Positions 26,942 to 40,930 of a stretch of 64,000 bases of DNA are shown piece by piece. The position numbers and the translations under genes were made by a program. Numbering within the stretch: the stretch's first letter is position 1; every line of letters starts with the position of its first letter. Below the pieces are notes generated by a model that was given only the letters and a program-made list of their open reading frames with translations, made no database searches and was not told the DNA's origin. The DNA comes from Eledone cirrhosa (Eukaryota), in assembly GCA_964016885.1 (NCBI GenBank), contig OZ024743.1, forward strand, positions 177,258,001 through 177,322,000, written 5' to 3'.

Positions 26942-27370
26942 GGGTGGCGGATCGGCATTACAGGTAGAGCGCCGAACAATATGTTTTGAGACATATAGCT
27001 ACGTTCTGAGTTCAAATCCCACCGATGTTAGCTTTACTTTTAATCCTTACAGGTTCGATAAAAATAAAATACCAGTAACGCACTGGAGACCATTTAATCG
27101 ACTTTCTACTCCCCACCTAATCGTTGGGCTGGTGCCTAAATCAGAGACCATTATTATTGAAGACCTTAGGGCGGGGGTTTGGCAGTATCGGTAGAGCGTC
27201 AGTCAACATGCGTTGCGGCATATAGTTACGTTCCTTTACGTTCTGAGTTCAAATCCCGCCGAGATTAGCTTTGACTTTCATCCTTACAGAGTCAATAAAA
27301 ATAAAATACCAGTAACTCAAATGATTTTTCCACCCGCAAAAATTGTGGCCTTGTGTCTAAATTAGATTTC
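26942..27370 (+). mobile_element. Two tandem tRNA-SINE copies
   Basis: A/B boxes and family core at 26942-27152 and 27170-27365. Confidence 0.8.
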
Positions 27371-27575
27371 ATCCTTATTAAAGACCTTCCTTCTTTAAAT
27401 TTAAATATCTGATCGTTATGTTTTGAAGCACAGCAGGAATTCGTTTGATCTTTTGGTTGTGTTCTTGTAAAAGTCTTTAGCACTCTTTGATAGTTGTGAG
27501 AATTTGAACGGAGATAAGTCAATGACAGAGGAATCCAATGGTATCACCGCTTTTGAAATCATCTTTATTCCTTAA

Positions 27576-27695
27576 TGCGCATGGCTTAGTGGTTTAGCGG
27601 GTTGGAATCGCAATCATGAGGTGATGATTTCAATTCTCGGACAGGGTGATGCGTTGCCTCCTTCAACAAGATACTTTATTTCACGTTGCTCTTTT
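27576..27695 (+). mobile_element. Second tRNA-derived SINE family head
   Basis: A box TGGCTTAGTGG and degenerate B box, followed by CAAGATACTTTATTTCACGTTGCTC shared with 3298-3325, 40740-40765 and 48610-48720 (minus). Confidence 0.6.
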
Positions 27696-28034
27696 TGCCA
27701 GGGGTTGCGACCGGTAGATAGTATCAGCAATGGAAAGACCAATGGAAACATTGTTTCTTAGGTCCGATTTGACGAGGTTTACCCCACTTGGTAACCGAGT
27801 GTGCTCTGGGATCTTGTCGATCGATCAGAGCGAGCGAGTTATTCCTAATAAACAATATGATCTTTAATTACGCATTAAAATCATCCGTTTGATGTTAACC
27901 AAATATCTAGGGAAATATTTTGTTGAAATATGCTGGGTAAAACAATATTTTGTTTTCTATTATTTGTCATTCTTTTCCCTTATAAGTTTCTACCGCATTG
28001 TACCGGCTTTCTGACAGTTAACAGTTATTTAGTA

Positions 28035-28292
28035 AATATCTCAAAATACCTCGTATTTACTATAATACAATATTGATACCTATTACATATCTCAAAATGT
28101 CCATATTAACTATGCTACCATACCTATATTTATTACATATCAAACAATACTCCATATAATCTATACTACCATACCTATATTTATTTCATATCGCACAATG
28201 CCTCATATTGACTATACTACCATATCTATATTTATCACATAAATCAAAATGCCTCGTATTTACTATACTATAATACCTATATTTTTTACATA
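28035..28292. repeat. Degenerate ~50-bp tandem repeat, about 5 copies
   Basis: Recurrent CATATC.CAAAAT.CC.C.TATT.ACTATACTACCATACCTATATTTATT. Confidence 0.75.
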
Positions 28293-28575
28293 TTTTTTTT
28301 TATAATAGAAAACTACCCTCGAGTTTTCTATCCATTAATTTGCTGATATCCACACTGATTCATTTAACATATTGGAAACACATTTAAAATATTGCAAACA
28401 CATTGTGGCGGTCCTAAACAATCGACAGTTCAGAGTTCATCATTTTATTTAAGGACCAAGAAACGAATAACAAGATCCCGGACTTGATTCGTTTAGCGAC
28501 GGGTGTGGAACTCGTTAGATCGGACCAAATATACAAAGTTTCAGGACTACTAACCTCCTTTCAAATGTGCGCGTG

Positions 28576-28610
<35 letters not shown>

Positions 28611-28687
28611 GGGTGGGTGGGTGTGTGTGTGTGTGTGGGTGTGTGTGTGTGTGTGTGTTTGTGTATCTTTGGTTGGGTAGAGAATAA

Positions 28688-29316
28688 TCTCTATATATAT
28701 AAAATTGAGGATGTCTGTGTGTGTCTGTGAGTTTGAATCCCTAAAACTCGAGAAGTACCCAACCGATTCTTTTCAAACTTTACATGTGTATTACTTATGT
28801 TTAAGGGAGTGTTATGCATATAACAAAATTTAACTGTTTCATCCCCTAGGCTCCGCATTAGATGAAAAACTGCGTTTTTTTCAGGTCTTTAGGGGTTTTT
28901 TGAGGCGTTACGTCAGACCGATTTTCTTGAAATTGTAACTATGTATTAATCAGTGTCTTCCGCATACCGTAAGCAAAGAAAATCCCGCTTTCTTCTGGCC
29001 TAGGGCCTGCATTAGGTGAACAACTTTATTTTTTCAGGTTTTGAGGCGTTACGTCTAGCCGATTTTCCCGAAATTTCAAGGCTTATTATTATGCACATAA
29101 AAATTCATTTTCTTGATCCGCTAGGGCCCGCATTAGGTGAAAACCTGCATTTTTCTTGCTTCATCGAGGAAAATCTTAAAGATTATCCAGCCATCAGAGT
29201 ATTCGGTTTATTTTCTTTACATATTATCCAGGCATGCAGTTTTTCCACGATTAGGTTGGTTGTCGACTCGTGTTCCAAAATACCTTATCGTGTGCAACGC
29301 CGGGTACCACTGCTAG
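28688..29316 (+). mobile_element. Non-autonomous Helitron
   Basis: A|TC(TCTATATATATAAAA) 5' end; GTGCAACGCCGGG...CTAG|T 3' end; A|T target; internal ~130-bp subrepeats. Confidence 0.8.
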
Positions 29317-29927
29317 TATAATTATAAAACAGTGTTTATAATTTGAATCCAGTTGTTATCCAATCGTTGTTAAAATGGTAGTCAAACCGGAAGGTCCCTG
29401 TGTGTATTTTCGTATTTTATTAAGAAAATCTGACATGGTTGAGTTTCTTATAATATATTGCTCTGTTTCTTACCGGCATTTTGGATATTCCCTTGATCAT
29501 ATATGAAAAAGAAATATTTTGAATTTACTTATTTATTTATAAAAATATAAATATCTACTGAGCGAAAACCAAATCAAATGAAACAGTAAGTGTGTTTTAC
29601 TATTTTTGGCAATATTGTCTCAACATGACTCTCACCAAATATAACAATATCAGATTTTCTGAATTGTAGTTCATTTCTGCATTGATCTTAAAGGATTTTC
29701 AATTTTTAAATATCCCCTCGGAACCAATTTCCAAATAATTACAGGCGTCGCTATTGTGTATCCCAGATCTGCTATCTCCACAAGTTTCAACGGAAAATTT
29801 GGAATTATGTGAAGGTTTCTCTAGCGAGATATTTTTCGAGATTCTTTCGTTTGTATTTACTGTTGATAATTGAGGTTTATTTTTTATTAAATCTTTTATT
29901 TTTATGCTTTACAACAGAATTCTACTA

Positions 29928-30008
<81 letters not shown>

Positions 30009-30013
<5 letters not shown>

Positions 30014-30326
30014 TGAAGAATAACATGGTTGAGTGTAGAAACAAGGATATTTATTTACAGTCTTACAATTGTTTCCATGATAGAATTGTCTATAAATTGC
30101 TAAATACTGGAGACAGTATAACTCAATCTACAATACATCTCAGTTCAATGATTTCATCAGAAACTATTAAGAAATATAAAATATATGCGTAACGGTAAAC
30201 TTAAAACTTAGATGTATTGTAAATTGAGTTATACTGTCTCCAGTATTTAGTAATTTATAGAGAATTCTATCATGGAAAAAATTGTAAGATTGTTTGTACT
30301 GTCAACCATGTTATTCTTCACTTTTT
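30009..30326. mobile_element. Inverted-repeat HHR element next to (TA)n
   Basis: 30009-30140 is reverse-complemented at 30208-30326 (with an internal deletion). Confidence 0.8.
30059..30165 (-). ncRNA. Type I hammerhead ribozyme with ~80-nt stem II insertion
   Basis: AGTTT-CTGATGA-AATCAT...ATCATG-GAAAC-AATT-GTA-AGACT; palindromic stem III ACAATTGT. Confidence 0.7.
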
Positions 30327-30486
30327 TATTACTCAAGATATTTACATAGGAATACAAGCGAAGTCATAAAATCGTCACCAACGTAAACCTCTTGTTGAGT
30401 CACACAGCACCGTACGCTTAAACTGGCCATGATAAGTAGTTTTCACAAACTCTTATCGTATTACCTTTAACGATTTATGGTTATCC

Positions 30487-30643
<157 letters not shown>

Positions 30644-30678
30644 ATGTGTGTGTGTGTTACATAATTCCAAATGAAAAG

Positions 30679-30709
<31 letters not shown>

Positions 30710-30794
30710 CTGTGTATATATATAGTAATAATAATAATGTAAACTAAAATCCAAAGAGGGCTCGATAAGGATAAATATATATCAATATTCAACA

Positions 30795-32897
30795 TACAGA
30801 AACAACACCTGAATATTTCTACAAAGAACATACCCGTACCTAGCAGGAAGACATATTTAAAACTTCTTATACAAAAGACGGATTCGTTCCTTAAAAGGTT
30901 GCGTTTGCACCTTTTATTTCGATAACCAGGAAAAAGCGGACAATAAACAGGATAAATTTGGGTTTAAAACTTATAATAGCCCTCAGAGTAACCCAACCTT
31001 GTTACCTTTCGAAAACGATGTCTTGGAACTCATACGGAGTATCAGATTTCGGAACAGGAGCAATTCCTTCCAACAGCCTGAAGAATAGAATTCGTTCTAA
31101 TGCCGTGCAAGTCCACTCCGACAAAACTGGTAATCTATATCTAGTGGAGCGCAGTACATACCATCACCTGGTACATAATGCTGTAACCAAGGATTATGGA
31201 AAAACGATCGGAGTGTCATTAATGACATCAAGGATGCTGGGTTTAAAATCATTTCAGAACTCAACATCTAGGACCGGACCGAACCTCTGGACCCTATTTC
31301 ACTCCACTTTTCCCTGAAGGATCACAAACCCAATTTCGCTAACAACCCTTCTATTCGGCTAATTAACCGTACGAAGTCTGATTTAGGTAGACTTAGTAAA
31401 AGGGAATTTAGATAGTATTATACCTGAAATTAGAAGCTTGGCACCTCTTGCACTCTTGAATAATTCTTTCGCGGTGATTGATTGGTTTAATGGCATATGC
31501 AACAAGGAATATTGCCGTTTTATCTAATTTGACATCAACAACTACTACTCCTCCATCACTTTACCACTTCTTCTTAGAGCTATCAATTTCGCTAAAACAC
31601 TCACGGTCGTTAAGGATTTAGAAGTTGATGTCAACCTCAATGCCCGTAAGTTGGTGATTAATTGTGACGGCGCTATTTGGATAAAACATCTAATAGTACC
31701 CCATTCTACGTGAGTAAGGGCGCCAACGATTCGGCGGAGGTTACAGATCTTATCGGCTTTTTCCTTCTTTTCTCTATCAAGGAAGTATTGCCTAATGTAG
31801 ACGGAGGCTTGTACCGCGACGACAGACCATGACAAAGTGCGAGCCCCCGCTTGTGACAGATTTAGAAAAGAACTCACAGCTTTCTTTAAAGGCTTCAACC
31901 TCTCTATACAAATTGAGACCAACCTTTCGGTCGTAAACTACCTCGACGTTACCCTCAATTTGTCGAATGGCTTGCACTACCCGTATAGAAAGCCAAATGA
32001 TACGCTTAATTACATCAGTAAGCATTCTAACCATCCTGCCAGCATAACCAAGAACCTCGTAAAAAACATTTCTTTGAGGCGTTCTCGTCTATCTACAAAC
32101 GAGTATATTTTCACCGACCATTCCACATATTACAATGAAGCTCTTGCTCGGAGTGGATTTGTCGATAAGGTAGCATATACTAAGTATGAGCATAAACCTA
32201 GGAAAAAAAGACCCCGACGCATTATATGGTATAAACTACCATATAATATGGAGGTGGTCACACCATTAGCTAAAATCTTTCTCTGCCTTATTAAGAAGCA
32301 TTTCCCCTCAGCACATAAATATAATAACATTTTAAATAGAAATACCGTTAAAATATCTTACTTCACGATCCCTACCTTTGCACATAACATCACTGCTTCA
32401 AATTTAGCTAAATTACCTAGCCGTAGTAACACATGCAACCCTGTAGCTAGTACTAACTGTAATTGTAGGAATCGGGTTGACTGCCCCCTATCCGGGAAAT
32501 GCCTCTCGAGTAACATTGTCTACAAATGTAAGGTCGACATCCACACGTCTAGTAGGGCCTACATACGGTTAATCGCAATAGTTTCAAGCAGCATCTTTAC
32601 ATGCACACACATTCTTTTCTTAACCCTTTAAGAAGGAACATGCCGTCACTTTCAGCTTATATCTGGAGTCTAATAGACAACCACACACAATATAGGTTAC
32701 ACTGGGAGATCCTAGCTGAAGCTAGATCGTATAACGGAAATAAATGGCCATGCGTTCTTTGCGCTGCCGAAGCCCTGGAAATAATCTACGCCAATGATCA
32801 CACCTTAAACAAAATATCTGAGGCAACTTCGGGTTGTAAACACAAATTGCATATAACCTTCCTGTATTACAGCTCCACATTATACCCTAACGGATAG
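30795..32897 (+). mobile_element. Near full-length degenerate Penelope-like retroelement (RT + C-terminal GIY-YIG endonuclease); possibly Hydra clade
   Basis: N-terminal [17 protein letters not shown]; DKTGNLY; RT GLYRDD; VNYLDVTLNL, PYRKPND..NYI...SNHP; IIWY..PY; CNCR....CPL.GKCL..NIVYKC; YIW, W.IL, C.LC..E, LNK.SE..S.CKH; several frameshifts and stops. Confidence 0.9.
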
Positions 32898-33650
32898 TAC
32901 GAACAATACGCGGATAATTTACGTCTTGATGTGGTAGCTAAGTATATTTTATGTTTATACCATTACTTATTTGTATAGGTAAGTATACCTCACCCGTATG
33001 TTTTGTGAAGGTATGTATACTTTCTCGTACGTAACTATAATTGTATTTGTTATAGGTGTATATATTATAGATAGTGGTATGTGTATATATGGTTATGTGT
33101 ATATGTGTATTTCGTGTTTCTGCGTGTATAATTGTATGCGTATATGTATGTATATGTGTATGTGTGTATATATGTATTTGTGTGTATTTGTATATATATG
33201 TATATGTGTGTGTGTATATATATATGTATATATATATATGTGTGTGTTTGTGTGTGTGCGTGTGTGTGTGTGGGGGCGTGCACGTGTGGATGTATGGGCA
33301 TACTTGTATTATATTTGTTTATTTGCGTGTGTGGATTTATATAGATATTTATATATTGTGGGTGTTTATGTATATGTATGTATGCCTGTACGTATGTATA
33401 TGTATATTTATATAGGTATATTTATATATGTATATGTATATATGTATATATGTTTATTTGTATATATGTGTATGTATATATGTGTATGTATATATTGGTG
33501 CTCTGAAATATCGATGTATACATGAATGTATGTATAGTATATTTGGCAATATGCTGTATGTCTAATTGAAAATATTTTGAAGACCATAGGCAATCGGTTT
33601 TAAACTAGTGACTATGTCACTTACTTCTTTTCGGCGAAAGAAGGGAGAGA

Positions 33651-33692
33651 AGCTAACAGTTTGTTTCGCGCTGTTTGGCGATCATCAGAGCC
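33651..33692 (-). ncRNA. Type I hammerhead ribozyme
   Basis: GGCT-CTGATGA-TCGCCAAACAGCGC-GAAAC-AAACT-GTT-AGCT; stem III ACA/TGT. Confidence 0.72.
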
Positions 33693-33923
33693 ACTACTTT
33701 AAAACCGACAGAGTATGGTCTTCAAAATGTTTTTTATTAAACATACGGTATATTGCCAAATATACTATACATATATTCATGTATACATCGCTATTTCAGA
33801 GCACCAATCCTAATACCTAATTTTTGCTGGACCGGCAATCGCCCTGTATAATCAGCTCCTGATTATTCCTGGAATTCTATAAGAATCCAGCTTCTCTAAT
33901 TTTCGGCGAAAGAGGGAGTGCGT

Positions 33924-33965
33924 GGCTCTGATGATCGCCAAGCAGCGTGAAACAGATTGATAGCT
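33924..33965 (+). ncRNA. Hammerhead ribozyme, second copy, cleavage triplet mutated
   Basis: GGCT-CTGATGA-TCGCCAAGCAGCGT-GAAAC-AGATT-GAT-AGCT. Confidence 0.6.
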
Positions 33966-34085
33966 TCTCTCCCTTCTTTCGGCGAAAAGAAGTGACATAG
34001 TCACTACTTTAAAACCGATAGCGTATGGTCTTCAAAATGTTTTTAATTAAGCATACCGAATATTGCCAAATATACTATACATACA

Positions 34086-34134
<49 letters not shown>

Positions 34135-34206
34135 ATTCGTTGGGTATGCGTATGAGTTGCTATATGTTTGTATATGCGGGTGACTGTGTATATATATATA
34201 TGTATA

Positions 34207-34586
34207 CTACCAGAATGGCCCGGCGTTGCTCGGGTTTCTAAACATAGTTTGGCATGTTTATCCCTCGTTTCTGAAACAATACAGAGAAGTACGGAATACC
34301 TCAGCCTGGGGATTGAGTCTACATTTTGTTCTTCTAAAAAAATTTCGTCGTGGATTACCAGGGGTTTAACTTAATTGGGTGTCTGAGAGTAAAATGTTGA
34401 ACCTAGAAATGTTTAACAAGAGAACATAGACAAATAAAAGCTGCAGTTAATATCTTTAGACCGCAAGGAATATATAAATGCAAGTTTGAAGTCAATCGGT
34501 GTAGATATTTGGATTTGCATAGACTTTGCAAAAATTAGGACATACACACACACACAGACAACTGCTGTTTTATATATATGCATAGA
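34207..34586 (-). mobile_element. Non-autonomous Helitron-like element
   Basis: Minus-strand 3' end CCCGAGCAACGCCGGG-CCATTCTG-GTAG|T; 5' TCT..ATATATATAAAAC. Confidence 0.65.
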
Positions 34587-35329
34587 TATGTATATGTATG
34601 ATGGTATTTTTTTTATACACACATATATGTATAATTATATATACATATTTATATGTATATTTAGTGTATACGTTCGTATGTGTGCGGGTATAAGTGTCGC
34701 GCCGGTTGACGTATGTGTGCGTGTGTTTGTGTACGTGAATGTAAATACATGCATGGGGTGTGTTTCACACACAAATCTACACATACATATAGCCTTAGTA
34801 AGTTTCATACCTATTATCTTCCCACACAGAGAATCAAACAGACACGCACATCTAAACATATAGATACATATGTGATGACAGACAGGTGTGCGTGAATGTC
34901 TGTCTGTGTGTGTCTGTCTCAGTATATAATATGTAAGTGTATGTGAGAGTGTATATGTTTGTGAGTGTATGTGTGATAATTTTTTTATTTTCTTTTGGTG
35001 TAGCGACTGTAAAAAAAATGAGGTAAAAAGCTATGCGTGTGTCTGCGTGAATATATGTCTGTGTGTGTCTGTCTTAGTATATGTATGTGAGAGTGTATAT
35101 GTGTGAGTGTGCAGCAACAATTTATTCATTTGGACAGCAACAAAAAATTACACAATGAATATTGTTTACCCTAAGGTGCTTCAACATTGACAGATTTTCA
35201 TTTCTAAATTCTATTATCGTTACAATTTTGATATTTCTTTTCATAAAATATAGATATTTTGAAACAATTATGAGAGAAAAAACATATCTTGATATTTATT
35301 GTTTATTAATCTGAATAAAAACAGCAGTT

Positions 35330-35362
35330 TAACCCATTCAACGCCGGGTAATTCAGCTTGTA
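35330..35362 (+). mobile_element. Degenerate Helitron 3' terminus
   Basis: CCCATTCAACGCCGGGTAATTCAGCTTGT has the same GGGTAATTCAGCT tail as the 14869 Helitron. Confidence 0.5.
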
Positions 35363-35548
35363 TATAATTGACATATATATATCATTATGGTTAATTAAAT
35401 TTTTTTTTTTTAATTTAGTTAACTTATAATTAGAAATTTACTACAGAGAATTTCATAACTTTATTTCCCTCTTACAGCTCACTTTACCTAAAGTTATCTT
35501 TAACCTCACTACTTCTTTTAACCGCATCCCCTATTTATAACATTTAAT

Positions 35549-35727
35549 TGTTTCTACTTTAGGCACAAGGCCAGTAATTACCCAGTGCATTAGTGGTACT
35601 TTATTTTATCGACCCCGTAAGGATGAAAGGCAAAGTCAACCTCGGCGGGATTTGAACTCAGATCGTAAAGGGACGTCACTATGCGTCAAAGCATGGCGTC
35701 CGTCCCTCTACCGATACTACCAATCCA
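35549..35727 (-). mobile_element. Young tRNA-SINE with 21-bp target-site duplication
   Basis: CCCCTATTTATAACATTTAAT at 35528-35548 and 35728-35748 flanks a near-consensus SINE. Confidence 0.92.
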
Positions 35728-37207
35728 CCCCTATTTATAACATTTAATGCCTAGAATTATTAAATATAAGTAATATCTTTACTATTATGGATGTTTAGAT
35801 AGATACACTGCTTTTTATAAAATTTTATCTATTTCAGTTTTTCTATATATATTTTTTAATTTTTTAATTTTTTTACTTTTTTATTTATCACATTCATAAG
35901 AATTAATATAATTTTAACTCTGTAAGTATACCTATCAATTAATTTAATTTCCTTTTATGTATCTGGGTTCCTTGAAATTTAGATAGAATTACTATGTCTC
36001 ACTAACACTCTCATCCCACAAATTTCTTTCTCTTCGCTTTTAACAGCACTTTTTAATAACATCAAATGTTTTGGGTCTCTTTCCCTAACTCCTTGTTTTG
36101 ACCTCATTTTAAACCATATCTTTCTCTTCCCCATTGTATTCTTTTCATTCAAAGCATAAATTTACATTCCTCCACTCCCAGCATCAAATTCTACTACTGT
36201 TATTCTATCAACTTGACCTCTAACTCTTTTCTATTGGTCAATTCAAAACCTGTTCCCTAATAGACCTTTTATATTAATACTTTGTTTCTTTCAATAAACA
36301 TACTTCATCATTTCTGAAGATGGTATATATATAGGCAAAGGTATATATATCTCCACTGATAATTTGTAATATATTTTTTTACATAGATCTTTAACATAGA
36401 TCTTTAACATGATATGCATACCAACACACACATAAATATCCCAGAAACGATCGTAAAATGATGAATTTTTCAATATAAGGAACCTTTTCTTTGTTTTTGT
36501 TTCATTGTTTTTATTAATTTATCTTGACTCTGTTTTCCTAGGATTTTTACAATTAATTTTTGAATGCATTTTCTCTTTTAATGATATCTTCTATATTTGA
36601 ATTACATTGAGTTCTTCATACGGATTGGACACTACCGTTTATTTTGGTAGATTGTTCTACATATATATATATATATATATATACACTTAAAGAGGAAATC
36701 TATCAGTTAATTTTGTAAATGCTTTTAGTAGATTTAATTATATTTCAATTGATATGTTATTGCCGTTCGGTATATATTCTATAATAGTGTTGTTTGCAGA
36801 AGTACCCTGCCTCCTTGTCTTCATGACAATGTAATCTCATTATGTTTGGTGGGCATTTTTAATGTATTATGTTTTCCAATCGAAAGCTGCTAATTAATTT
36901 AACCTTCAGTTGAAGATATAATTATATCGTATTACTGCATAATCTAGATTAATGATATATATTATCTTCATTTTGGCATTTGGAGCATTTTCGATCCTTC
37001 ATCTAATGCGTACAATTATATTTGTTCCTAATCCATTCATTGTCTGTGATGTGTTCCGGCTAGTTCATTAATTTGTAACCTTTCTCTAATTTCTCTTTCT
37101 TCTAATTCGCTTACCTATGGGGTTTGAGGGCGAGGTAAGTCGTTTTGAGTTTACAACAAATTTTAACCAATCCTCTTGACAACTACATTCTTCCCATATA
37201 AGGAAGT

Positions 37208-37304
37208 ACCCCCTTGACAAGTTCGGCTATTTATTCACCAGGCTAAAAATTCTAATTTAGTCCACAAATAGCCGTCGAAACGGCTTGATCTCTGCCGTCG
37301 GGGT
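37208..37304 (+). ncRNA. Degenerate full-length hammerhead of the 18281/39281 family
   Basis: ACCCCC-TTGACAA-G..CGGCTATTT...AAATAGCCGTC-GAAAC-GGC...GCC-GTC-GGGGT; core decayed from CTGACGA. Confidence 0.6.
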
Positions 37305-37326
37305 CATACTTTTTCCTATATATATG

Positions 37327-38200
<874 letters not shown>

Positions 38201-38209
38201 ATATATATA

Positions 38210-38298
<89 letters not shown>

Positions 38299-38986
38299 GC
38301 ATATATATATAAATTTATATATATATATATGCAAATATAAATTAGTGAGAATCGTATTTCGACTATTGGAAATTAGCGAAAAACAACTTCCGAGATGTGT
38401 GGCAAGCGCTCCATAGAAGCTAGTGAACTAGAGCTACAACATAAGTTAAAACACACTGAGACGATGGTTAAACCATTATCCACACAGCCATAGAAACGAC
38501 TAAGTAATTCGGGTCAAACAAATAAAATATGATTGAAAATTATACCCGAACCCCTGCAAGGTTGGTAAAATCCAGCATTTTGTTTCTAAAACTCCTAAAT
38601 CAGGTACTGTCTGCTTAGATAAATAATGTTAAGCTTTTGGTAAGATGATTGAACAAGGAATCACTTTCTCAACAGGCTGTTAGTTCAAGTGCCAAGCCAA
38701 GGACTGACCGTTATCAAAACCCACGTGGGGCTCGACAAGGGGGGAAACCCTTAGTTTTGGCGGATGAATTAGGTATGTGTGTTATTATTGCAGAACTACA
38801 AAATATCACAACACGAATTAAGTTCTCAACAGAATGGTTTTAAAATTAACAAAAGCTATTCATCAGTCAATAGAATTAACTAAAAAAATCAAGAAAATTA
38901 ACTGGTCAATAGCTAGACTCTGGAGATTAATATATATATATACAATGATATTAAATAAATGGAAACTATATTTATAAAACCATATT

Positions 38987-39050
38987 TATTTTATTATATA
39001 TATTTCGGGGTTACCAAGACAACATTGGTACGCTTTCATCAGATAAAATA
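38987..39050 (-). ncRNA. Type I hammerhead ribozyme, adjacent to a ~150-bp hairpin (39043-39192)
   Basis: TATTTTAT-CTGATGA-..TACCAA/TTGGTA..-GAAA-TATAT-ATA-ATAAAATA. Confidence 0.7.
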
Positions 39051-39247
39051 CAAAGTGTGTTTTATAAATAGAGACATACCCAAGAAAATCATACCTTATA
39101 GTTGGAAATTCACTGGATAGTGAATTTCCAACCGATAAGGTATGATTTTCTTGGGTATGTCTCTATTTATAAAACAAACTTTGTATTTTATTTAATATCA
39201 TTGAATATCTACTCCAGTAAACTGTTGAGTGATCTAAATCAATTATA

Positions 39248-39280
<33 letters not shown>

Positions 39281-39282
<2 letters not shown>

Positions 39283-39470
39283 CGAAGGAAATGTGGTAAT
39301 GAACCAGGTGGACCATAACGCACCAAAGTACTCAATACTTAGGGTAGTAGAGTGGGTAATAGGAACGAGTAGGACCCCGACGGCTGAGCTCAAGCCGTTT
39401 CGACGGCTAATTCTGGACCAGAATTAGCCGTCGAAACGGCTTGAGCTCAGCCGTTGGGGTCCTACCCGTT

Positions 39471-39473
<3 letters not shown>
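39281..39473 (-). mobile_element. Fold-back mini-element, inverted twin of 18281-18475
   Basis: Near-identical sequence, flanked by (TA)n. Confidence 0.85.
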
Positions 39474-39533
<60 letters not shown>

Positions 39534-39785
39534 GCATATATATATTAGAATTGGTGCTCTGATATAGCGATGTATACATGAATGTATATATAGTATATTT
39601 GTCAATATACGGTATGCTTAATTAAAACTATTTTGAAGACCTGGCGCTATTATTTTAAAGTAGTGACTATAGCACTTCTTTTTTCAACAAACAAATCTGC
39701 TTCATACCGTTGGTAATCATCATATATATATATTATATATATATATTTATATGGACATATATAGACACACATACATACATATATA

Positions 39786-40195
39786 CAAGGTGTGGACGAT
39801 ACTTGTTCGCAATTTTCAACTGCTAATGTTATGCACATTTTTTTACTTCCGTTGTCACTCTTGTCTGCATAAAAACAGTGACTATATTTTCATTATTTAT
39901 TTTCAGAATAACTGATTATGTATAACTTTGAACCTCCATATTTGTGGAAGAGACACGGAGTTCTTCTTGGAATCCGCGCCGGGAGCACAAATAAGGAAAT
40001 TTCAGACTTTCTCAGCGTCAGCAGGAGAATGGTGGAAAAGGTCAGAAAGGAATTGGAAGATTCAGGATTCGACTACAAAGCAACATCAGAGAGGAAAACA
40101 TATGATGGACGATCTGACGCCTTCAGAACGCCCGAGTTCGTCGCTGAAGTTCAGGATATCATCAACAATGAACCAAACAAGTTGATGCGTGCCAT
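39786..40195 (+). mobile_element. 5' fragment of a Tc1/mariner-superfamily (maT/DD37D- or rosa-like) transposon
   Basis: TA|CAAGGTGT TIR-like start; ORF 39918 KRHGVLLGIRAG....EISDFL.VSRR.V.KVRKELE...RK....RSD..RTPEFV..VQ.II...P.K.MRAI is an HTH region; catalytic domain absent. Confidence 0.7.
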
Positions 40196-40375
40196 TATAT
40201 ATACATTCATGCCACTATATATACATTCATGTATACATCGCTATTTCAGAGCACCAATTCTAATATATTTATGCATATATATATATATCAACCCTCGTAA
40301 TTTTAGACACACAATTTAGTGTGTTTATTATTATATATGTATAAATGTGTTTATTATTATATATATATATATATA

Positions 40376-40419
<44 letters not shown>

Positions 40420-40601
40420 ACATAAACAGAGAAAGCCTTAAGCGATCCTCCGACCAACTCCATCTCACTCAACAAACATTAGGATATACTTAAGTACTAT
40501 CCCAATTTAGTGTTTGGGGTGCTAACTAATCAGTATTTCGTGGATAATTGGTTGTATTATTGTATATGAGACATTATTAAATAAATATCTCATTTCTTCC
40601 A

Positions 40602-40720
40602 GACGACCGTTTCGTTATAAGATTTCTATAATTTGGGATAAATAATTTCCAGGTTATGTAGAAACTTGTATATAATCCATAGTTTTATACACAAGCGGGC
40701 TCTTATAAACTCATCAGTTA
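40602..40720 (-). ncRNA. Hammerhead ribozyme with large branched stem II, stem I truncated
   Basis: CTGATGA-GTTTATAAGA...TCTTATAAC-GAAAC-GGTC-GTC. Confidence 0.6.
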
Positions 40721-40883
40721 TGTATATATATATATATATATACTTTATGTCACGTTGCTCCAGTTTATTAAGCTGTAGAAATGAGGACCGGCCTGCCCGC
40801 CCAGCCAGTGGGATGGCGTTATCTTATGGCTAAAACAGCACGACGTGCTGTGACCAGCGGCGCCCGACAGACTGGTCGGTCAA

Positions 40884-40930
40884 GTGTTACAACTGAATAT
40901 TCCTTTGTATGGAATATTCAGTTGTAGCAC
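40884..40930. repeat. 20-bp-stem hairpin
   Basis: GTGTTACAACTGAATATTCC-TTTGTAT-GGAATATTCAGTTGTAGCAC. Confidence 0.8.

Larger units (their letters stand above)
33494..34090. mobile_element. Inverted + partial-tandem HHR mini-element (310-bp period)
   Basis: Minus copy 33494-33698, plus copy 33694-33808, second plus copy to 34090; CTACTTTAAAACCGA at 33694 and 34004. Confidence 0.82.

Noticed and set aside
38455-38512. Additional hammerhead (CTGAGACG...GAAAC...GTA)
   Set aside because: Core is one base short and stem I does not pair
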